DNA from: the human T2T-CHM13v2.0 reference genome, Homo sapiens
Length of the DNA: 64,000 bases
Direction: 5' to 3' (one strand)
Assembly (NCBI RefSeq): GCF_009914755.1
Contig: NC_060947.1
Both the position numbers and the translations under genes were made by a program. The notes under the pieces were generated by a model. It saw only the letters and a list, made by a program, of their open reading frames with translations. It was not told where the DNA came from and did no database searches. This document shows positions 55,493 through 64,000 of the stretch, one piece after another. How positions within the stretch are numbered: position 1 is the stretch's first letter; each line of letters begins with the position of its first letter.

Positions 55493-57379
55493 AGGATGCT
55501 GAATTCTATTAAATGCTTTTTCAGCATCAATTGAAATGATCATATGGTGTTTGTCCTTCATTCTGTTATTATCATGTATCACATTAATTGATTGATTTGT
55601 GTATTTGAGTTATTGAACCATCCTTGCACCCTTGAAATAAATTCCACTTGATCATGATGAGTGATCTTTTTAATGTAGTTTTGAATTTGGTATGCTATTA
55701 TTTTGTTAAGTATTTCTACATCAATATTCATCAGAGAAATTGGCATGTAATTTTTTTTTGATGTGTCTTTGTCTGGTTTTGGTATCAGGGTAATACCAGC
55801 TTTATAGAATGAGTTTGGATGTATTCCCTCCTTCTCTGTTTTTCAGAATAGATTGAGTAGGATTGGTATTAGTTCTTCAAATGTTTGGTACAATTCAGCA
55901 TTGAAGCCATCAGGTCATGGGCTTTTCCTTTCTGGGACACATTTTCTTACTACTCTAATCTCATTACTTGTTTGGTTCTGTTTGGGTTTTGAATTTCTTC
56001 ACAGTTTGATCTTGGTAAAGTGTCTGTATGTAAACATTTATTCATTTATTCTAGGTTTTCCAATTAATTTGCATAGAAATAGTCATAGTTCCCTCTAATT
56101 ATCCTTTGCATGTCTGCAGTAACAGTTGTAATGTCTCCTTTCTCATTATGTTATGTTATTTATTTGAGTCTTGTCTCCTTTTTTCTTAGTCTGGCTAAAG
56201 GTTTTTTGGTTTTGTTTATCTTTTAAATAAACCAAATTTTTGCTTCATTGATTCTATTTTTAATTTTTATTTATTTATTTCTGCTCTGATTTTTATTATT
56301 TTCTTCTACTTATTTTGGCAGTGGTTTACTCTTACTTTTCTATTTCTTTAACATGCTTCATAAAGTTGTTTGTTTGAAATGTTTTTTACAATTTTGATGT
56401 AGGAGCTTATTTCTATAAAATTTAGTCTTTGTACTGCTTTCACTGTCTCCCATAGGTATTGGTATGTTGTGTTTCTCTTTTCGTTGGTTATGAAATAATT
56501 TTTAATTTTTTTCTTAATTTAGTATTTATTATTCTTTTAATTGATGCTCTGTTCCTTAAGGAGTATATTGTTTAATTTCCATGTTAGTCCCACAGTTCCT
56601 CTTATTATTGATTTCTAGTTTTATTCCATTGAGGTCAGAAAAGATGCTTGATTCAATTTTAATTTTTTAAATTTTTTAAGACTTGTTTTGTCACCTAATA
56701 TATGGTCTATCCTTGAGTATGATTCACATGCTGAGGAGAAAAATGTGTATTCTGTAGCCATTGGATGAATTGTTCTGTAAATATCTATTAGGTCCATGTG
56801 GTCTATATTGAATATTAAATCTGATGTTTCTCTGTTGACTTTCTGTCTGGAAGATCTCCCCAATGCTAAGAGTGAGGTGTTGAAGTCTCCAGCTGTTATT
56901 GTATTGGATTCTGTTTCTTTCTGTAGCTCTAACAATGTTTGCTTTACATACCTGGTTGCTCCAGTGTTAGGTGTATATATCTATACAATCATTATATTAT
57001 CTTGCTGAATTGACCTTTTTATTATCATATAATGAATTTCTTTATCCCTTCTTATAGTTTTTGTCTTACAACCTATTTTGTCTGATGTAAGTATAGCTAA
57101 TCCTGTTTTTTTTTTTGGTTTTCATTTGCATATAATAGCTTTCTTTATTTATTTATATTTATTTTTAGTCTGTGTGTGTCCTTATAGGTAAAATGTATTT
57201 CTTGTAGGCAATAGATCATTGGGTCTTAATTATTTTTTAAATTCATTTGGCCACTCTATGTATTCTCTATGTATTTTGATTGGAGAGTTTAGTCCATTGT
57301 CATTCAACATTATTATTATTGATAAGTAAAGACTTACTCTTGCTATCTATTTTGCTTGTTTTCTGGTTTAGTTGTGGAC

Positions 57380-57455
57380 TTCCTTCCCTCCTTCCTTCCT
57401 TCCTTCCTCCCTCCCTCCCTCTCTTCCTTCCTTCCTTCCTTCCTCCTGTCTTCCT
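57380..57455 (+). repeat. (TTCC)n/(TCCC)n
   Basis: Directly visible. Confidence 0.9.
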
Positions 57456-58798
57456 TTTTGTGATGGTAATTTTCTCAGGCAGTAAGTTTTAATTTCTCAC
57501 TTTTTATATTTTATGTATCTTTTGTGTCTTTTGTATCTTTTTTGATTTGAGGTTACCATGAGGTTTGCAAGTACTATCATATAATACTTCATTTTAAACT
57601 TATGACAACTTAACACTGATTGCATAAACAAACATATAAACTACCAAAGAAGCTGAAAGAAGCAAAAAGAAGACTAATAAAAACTGTACACTTTAACTTC
57701 ATCCCCCTAATTTTCTGACTTTTCGTGCTTCCTATCTATATCTTCTTGTACGGTCTATGTCTTGAAAAGTTGTTCTAGTTATTATTTTTGATCAGTTCAT
57801 ATTTTAATCTTTCTTCTGAAGATATGAGTGGTTTACACAATATAATTACTGTGTTGTAATATTCTGTGCTTTTCTGTGTACTTAACTAGTACCAGTAAGT
57901 TTTGTGCCTTCAGATTATTTATTTTTGCTCAATAATGTCCTTTCCTTTCACATTGAAAAAATCTCCTTAGCATTTCTTCTAGGACAGGTCTGGTGTGGAT
58001 AAAATCCTTAAACTTTTGTTTGTCTGGGAAAGTCTTTATTTCTTCTTCACCTTTGAAGGATATTTTCACTGGATATATTTCACTGAATATATTATTTCAC
58101 TGGGTAATTTTTTTTTCAGCACTTTAAGTATGTCATGCTACTCTCTCGACCTGTAAAGTTTCCACTAAGAAGTTTTCTGACATACGTATTGTAGCTCCAT
58201 TGCATGTTAGTTGTTTATTTTCTCTTGCTGCTTTTAGAAACATTTCTTCATCCTTGACCTTTGAGAGTTGGATTATTAAGTGTCTTTAGGTGGTCTTTTT
58301 TTTTTTGGTTCAACCTGCTTTGTGTTCTATATCTTTTCTTCACTTGAATATGAATATCTTTCTCTATCTTTGGTAAGGTCTCTGTTATTATCCCTTAAAC
58401 TTTCTATCCCGATTTACCACTCTACCTCCTCTTTAAGGGCAATGACTTGTAGATTTGCCCTTTTGTGGCTACTTTCTAGATCTCGTAGGAATGCTTCTTC
58501 TTTTTGTTTTTTACTTTTTATTATCTTTTCTCCTCTGACTGTATATTTTCAAATAGCCTGTCTTCAAGCTTCATCCTTTCTGCTGTTAAGAGACTCTGAT
58601 GCATTCTGCAGTATGTCAATTAAATATTTAAACTCTAGAATTTCTGCTCAATTGTTTTTCATTTAATCCCTTTGCTAAATTTATCTGATAGGATTCTGAA
58701 TTCATTTTCCACACTATGTTAGATTTTTGTTTAGGTTCCTCAAAACAGTTATTTTGAATTCCCTGTCTGAAAGTTTACGTATCTCAAATATCTCTGTC

Positions 58799-59173
58799 TG
58801 ATATGGTTTACCTGTGTCCCCACCCAAATCTCATCTTGAATTGTAGTTCCCATAATTCCCACATCTTGTGGGAGGGACATCATGGGATGTAATTGAATTA
58901 TGGGGGTAGTTACCCTCATGTTCTTCTCATCATAGTGAGTGAGTTCTCATGAGATATGATGGTTTTATAAGGGACCTTTTCCCCTTTTCCTCAGCACATA
59001 TCCTTCCTGCCATCACGTGAAGAAGGACACGTTTCGTTCCCCTCCTTCCATGATTGTAAGTTTCCTGAGGCCTTCCCAGCCATGCAGAACTGTGAGTCAA
59101 TTACAACTCTTTTCTTCATAAATTACCCAATCTTGGACAGTTCTTTATAGTAGCATGAGAATGGACTAATACA
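58799..59173 (+). mobile_element. THE1C/D-like solo LTR inside L1MA
   Basis: TGATATGGTTT...GGACTAATACA; TSD CTGTC at 58794-98 and 59179-83, with 5 extra nt (CTACA) before the right copy. Confidence 0.92.
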
Positions 59174-59312
59174 CTACACTGTCTTTCCAGGACTGGTAAC
59201 TGGCATATTATTTAGGTCTTTTGGTGAGGTAATGTTTTCCTAAATAGTCTTGATGCTTGTAGATGTTTGTTGGTGTCTGGGCATTGAAGATTTATATGTT
59301 TATTGTATTCTT

Positions 59313-59817
59313 TGCCAGGTGAGGTGTCAGATCCCCGGCGATGGAAAGCAGTCAACTCATGGGTAGTAAAAAGAATGTATTGACAACACTATAGGTTTGA
59401 AAAGGAAAGTTTTATTAGATGGAAAGAACAGTGCAGAAGACCGCAGCAGAGGACCTCAGCAAGAGAGAACTAAGTATATCATGGTGGATTTTTCCTAAGG
59501 GGTATTTATTAATTTTAAAGTAGGAGCTTAATGAAAATTTGAACTATATTAGCCATATAGATTATGATAAATGACTATATTTGTAGGCATTTTGGTGCCT
59601 TAATATCAGCAAGAGCTACACAATGAGTTTTGACATGCACGCATCCTAAAGATGTATACAAATTCCAGTTATTTATAAGTGTTTTGGGAAAGAAGCCTGG
59701 AACCAGATGCTTGCTTTAGATAATAAGGAAGTCTAGTTACATTCAAATTTTTTAGATAAGAAGTTTTGCCTCTGGATGGCCTGCTAGATGGTCACAAAGT
59801 GATTTTTGCTCTCCTCA
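59313..59817 (-). mobile_element. MER84-like ERV1 3' LTR
   Basis: Minus strand TGAGGAGAGCAAAAATCAC...TCTGACACCTCACCTGGCA, preceded by PPT AGGGGGAAAA. A homologous copy lies at 63477-63767. Confidence 0.8.
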
Positions 59818-59937
59818 TTTTCCCCCTGAAAAATATTTTGTTTAAAGTTTCTACCCTTTATATTCCTCCATGCTCATGTCTACCTGCTGCCTACTAGGGT
59901 CTCAAGAAATGGAAAACAGCACAGTGAAGAGGGGCAT

Positions 59938-62211
59938 TGTATTAGTTCATTTTATGCTACTGATAAAGACATACCCGAAACTGGGAACAAAAAGAGGTTT
60001 AGCTGGACTTACAGTTCAATATGGCTGAGGAGGCCTCAGAAACATGGGGGGAGGTGAAAGGCACTTCTTACATGATAGCAGCAAGAGAAAAAAATGAGGA
60101 AGAAGCAAAAAAAAGCAGAAACCCCTGAAAAAACCATCAGATCTTGTGAAACTTATTCACTATCATGAAAATAGCATGGGAAAGACTGGTCCCATGATTG
60201 AATTATTTTCCCCTGGGTCCCTCCCACAACATGTGGGAATTCTGGGAGATACAATTCAAGTTGAGATTTGGGTGGGGACACAGTCAAACCGTATCATTCA
60301 ACCCCTGGCCCCTCCAAATCTCATGTCCTCACATTTCCAAACCAATCATGCCTTCCAAACAGTGCCCCAAATTCTTAACTCATTTCAGCATTAACCCAAA
60401 AGTCCACAGTTCTAAGTCTCTTCTGAGACAAGCCAAGTCCCTTCTATCTATGAGCCTGCCAAATCAAAAGCAAGCAAGTTACTTCCTAGATACAATGAGG
60501 GTACTGGTATGGGGTAAATACAGCCATTCCAAATGGGAGAAATTGGCCAAAACAAAGGGATTACAGAGCCCATGCAAGTCTGAAATCCAGTAGGGCAGTC
60601 AACTTTTAAAGCTCCAAAATGATGTCCTTTGACTCCAGGTCACACTGATGCAAAAGCTGGGTTTCCATGGTCTTGGCCAGCTCCAATCTTATGGCTTTGC
60701 AGGGTACAGCCTCCTTCCTGGCTGCTTTCATGGGCTGGCATTGTCTGTGACTTTTCCAGGTGCATGGTGCAAGCAGCTGGTGGATCTACCATTCTGCATT
60801 CTGGAGGATAATAGCCCTCTTCTCACAGCTCCACTAGGCAGTGCCCCCGTAGGGACTCTGTGTGGGTGCTCTGACCCCACATTTCCCTTCCGCACTGCCC
60901 TAGCAGGGGTTCTTCATGAAGTCCATGCCCCTGCAGCAAACTTTTGCCTGGGTATCCAGGCATTTCCATACATCTTCTGAAATCTAGGCACAGGTTCCCA
61001 AACCTCAATTCTTGACTTCTGTGCACCTGCAGGCTCAACACCATGTGGAAACTGCCAAGGCTTGTGGCTTCCACCCTCTGAAGGCACAGCCTGAGCTCTA
61101 TTTTGGCTCCTTTCAGACACAGCTGGAGTGGCTGAGACACAGGACACCAAGTCCCTAGGCTGCATACAGCACGGGAACCCTGGGCTTGGCCCATGAAACC
61201 ACTTTTTCCTCCTGGGTCTCCGGGCCTGTTGATGTGAGGGGCTGCTGTGATGGTCTCTGACATGATCTGGATGCATTTTCCCCATGGTCTTGGGGATTAA
61301 CATTAGGCTCCTTGCTACTCAGACAAATTTCTGCAGCCAGCTTGAATTTCTCCTCAAAAAATAGGTTTTTCTTTTCTACTGCATCATCAGGCTGCAAATT
61401 TTCTGAACTTTTATGCTCTGTTTCCCTTTTAAAATGGAATGCTTTTAACAGCACCCATGTCATCATTTGAATGCCTTGCTACTTAGAAATTTCTTCCACC
61501 AGATACCCTAAATCATCTCTCTCAAGTTCAAAGTTCCACAAATCTCTAGGGCAGGGGCAAAATGCCACCAGTCTCTTTGCTAAAACATAACAAGAGTCAC
61601 CTTTGCTCCAATTCCCAACAAGTTCCTCATCTCCATCTGAGACCACCTCAGCCTGGACCTTTTTGTTCATATCACTATCAGCAATTTTCTTCAAAGCCAT
61701 TCAACAAGTCTCTGGGAGTTTCCAAACTTTCCCACGTTTTCCCGTCTTCTTCTGAGCCCTTCAAACTGTTTCAACCTCTGCCTGATACCCAGATCCAAAG
61801 TCATTTCCACATTTTTGGGTATCTTTTCAGCAATGCCCCACTGTACTGGTACCAATTTACTGTATTAGTTTTTATGCTGCTGATAAAGACCTACCCGAAA
61901 CTTGGAACAAAAACAGTTTTAATTGGATTTAGAGTTCCACATAGCTGAGGGGGCCTCAGAATCATGGTGGGAGGCAAAAGGCACTTCTTACTTGACAGCG
62001 GCAAGAGAAAGATGAGACAGAAGCAAAAGCGGAAACTCCTGCTAAACCCATCTGATCTCATAAGACTTATTCACTATCACGAGAATAGCATGGGAAAGAC
62101 CAGAGCCCATGATTCAATTACCTCCCCCTGGCTCCCTCCCACAACATGTGGGGATTCTGGGCAGTACAATTCAAGTTGAGTTTTGGGTGAGGACATAGCC
62201 AAACCATATTG
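59938..62211 (-). mobile_element. Full-length THE1A (LTR 59938-60296, internal 60297-61860, LTR 61861-62211)
   Basis: Two direct-repeat LTRs with the THE1A GAGAATAGCATGGGAAAGAC motif, a ~1.56 kb MaLR internal region (AEVVSDGDEELVGNWSKGDSCY), and 5-bp TSD GGCAT. Confidence 0.93.
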
Positions 62212-62399
62212 GGCATCAAGTCTGGCTATTTTTGCTGAATGTGGGTGTGGAGGGGATAAGTTGCATTTTTCCCCTTCTTACTCTGTCATGAAGGCAATGG
62301 AAGGTCATGAAAAACTTGCTCATGAGAGTAAGACCGGATTCCATCAAGAGGCCTCATATAAATGGAAGTTGCTGTTGCAGGCTGGTATTGTGATTGCAT

Positions 62400-62860
62400 A
62401 ATCACTTGTGGTAGAATTTTTGTAATCTGAAAGATATAAAGTTAATGAGAGCATTAAAAATGCAGGGACCAAACATTAAAAGAAGAATGAAGAGGAATAA
62501 AGGTCCAAGGAATGGGAGAAGCCGAGTGATTTTTAGAAACCAATCGATAAAGGCTTTGGTCCAGTCTTGGTTACTTTGAAAAAGTGTGTGTAGCTATTTG
62601 GCTTGTTTGAAAATTTCTCAGACATTGGTTTCTACTTCTCCAGACACATTAACATAGGTGCAATAGGTTTTATTGATGACAGCACAGACTCCTTGTTCAG
62701 CTAGGAGATAATTTAGTGCTCATCTATAATCAAAAACTATTCCTGCAAGTGAGTCTAAAGATTTCTTTAGCTTTGATACACTTGAGCCAGTTTTTGCTAA
62801 GGTTATTTCAAGGGAGGTGGTAATTTCTCATAGTGTGATTTCATGGTATGTAAAGGGTTT
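62400..62860 (-). pseudogene. Gamma-type retroviral env TM-subunit remnant
   Basis: Hand translation gives LDSLAGIVFDYR*ALNYLLAEQGVCAVINKTYCTYVNVSGEVETNV* (ISD plus decayed CX6CC) and LLPFLGPLFLFILLLMFGPCIFNALINFI (membrane anchor), with in-frame stops. Confidence 0.88.
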
Positions 62861-63455
62861 AGATAAGGAGCTACAAGATCCCTGAGGCATTTTGGACCTC
62901 TCTTTTCCCTTTGGCTCACTCTATTTGGGGGGACTCCACCACAGATAGAGGGTCTGCCTTTGCCTGGATGACCATTCCAGGAATGCCCTTGCTCGAGGGG
63001 TCAATTCAAACCTAATGTAAAGGAGAACTCACTTGTAACTTGGGATGTGGTGTTTGTGACAAAGTTGAATCCAAAATTGGGTTCGCAACCAGTAGAGTGT
63101 GTCTGTGCACACAGGTTTATTGAGTGTTAAAGTGAAAATAGACTTGCCACCCTGATGGGCAATAATGAATTAACCCTTTTGTCTTAGGCTTCGGGTAACA
63201 CCAAGAAACAGTCCTTGACAGAAACTGTCAATTGCCAAAGAGGACTTAAATTGGTTCACTGGCAGTACAAGAAATAGAAAGGAATCCTGGCCATTCCCTC
63301 ACCCCTAAGGGAAATGACAGACAGCTATCTCTTCTCTAGGGCTTCAGAATCCCACTGAAGAGCTGCTTCAGCCAGGGACCTTGAGTTCCCAGGGGTAAGG
63401 AAGCAGAGCATTGAGGGAAGCAGGGAGAAAAAGGAAGGGAGAAATTCCAGTAAAG

Positions 63456-63473
63456 TACCCATGCAAGCCACCA
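63456..63473 (-). promoter_or_regulatory. Retroviral primer-binding site (degenerate, tRNA-Ile-like)
   Basis: TGGTGGCTTGCATGGGTA lies 3 nt after the 5' LTR end and matches TGGTGGCCCGTACGGGGA at 13/18, with two mismatches at CpGs. Confidence 0.55.
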
Positions 63474-63476
63474 AGA

Positions 63477-63767
63477 TGCCGGGCGAGGTGTCAGAGCCCT
63501 AGTAATGAAAAGTGGTTGACTTATGGGTAGTGAGAAGAATTTACTGACAACAGCATCGGTTTGAAAAGGAAAGTTTTGTTGGAAAGAACGCTGCAGAAGA
63601 GTGCAGTGGGGCACCTCAGCAAGGGAGGACTGAATGCACCATGGTCAGTTTTTCCTTAGGGGCATTTATGAATCTTAAAGCAAGAGCTTAAGGATAGTTT
63701 GGACCATATTAGCCATGTAGGTCATGATAAATGATTACATTTGTAGACATTTTTGTGCCTTAATGTC
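63477..63767 (-). mobile_element. MER84-like 5' LTR, truncated
   Basis: Aligns by eye to 59313-59608 (roughly 75-80% identity); homology stops abruptly after GTGCCTTAATGTC. Confidence 0.85.
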
Positions 63768-64000
63768 CCTGTTCTAGAAATGGTCAATTACAAAGCACAA
63801 CATAAGACTGGAACATTGGAGTTAAGTAGCAGAGATCAAAAGTAAGTACTAGTACAATTCATGTAATTCAGCATTGCTTTGATTTATACATTATTTTTCC
63901 TTCTTCTACAATTCCTCTTTAAAAAAAAAAAAATCTTGCTCTCATTACATTTCCTCAGCCAGACACAAGATTCTTATGCTATTCTATCATTTCTTGTAAG

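Larger units (their letters stand above)
52753..59312 (-). mobile_element. Near full-length L1MA2/3-like LINE-1 (3'UTR to ORF1 and part of the 5' region), inactive
   Basis: A second L1MA 3'UTR, continuous antisense ORF2 (AGDFNTSL, YTFFSSAC, YSRIDHILG), intergenic region and ORF1. Interrupted by AluJ and THE1 and cut by the MER84 provirus. Confidence 0.92.

Noticed and set aside
60146-62179. Multiple 70-146 aa ORFs
   Set aside because: They are fragments of the THE1A LTRs and the decayed MaLR internal ORF.

Overview
This window is human (primate) AT-rich, repeat-dense intergenic or deep-intronic DNA. I found no recognisable protein-coding gene, tRNA/rRNA, CRISPR array or prokaryotic-type system. 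The long ORFs in the track map to transposon remnants, Alus, microsatellites or a GC-rich LTR. More than half of the window is interspersed repeat: eight Alu copies (one a near-pristine AluYa4/Ya5), two near-full-length L1MA2/3-type LINEs in opposite orientations, a 5'-truncated L1PA2 with a clean TSD, a twin-primed L1PA16-like element, a full-length Tigger1, several solo LTRs (MER4, MER52A, MST, MER11, THE1C/D, MLT2, LTR8), and a MER84-type provirus reduced to LTR-PBS-env(TM)-PPT-LTR with a complete THE1A inside it. The best second-look items are evolutionary or structural. They are the env-only provirus in a multi-level nest, a shuffled/inverted L1MC with exact breakpoint complementarity, an old inverted duplication dated by an MST insertion, an orphan A40 insertion with a TSD, and a few candidate non-coding exons. 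Subfamily names come from recalled consensus motifs, not from a RepeatMasker run. Boundaries of old (L2/MIR/L1M) fragments are approximate. I cannot support a claim of a new biological system here.
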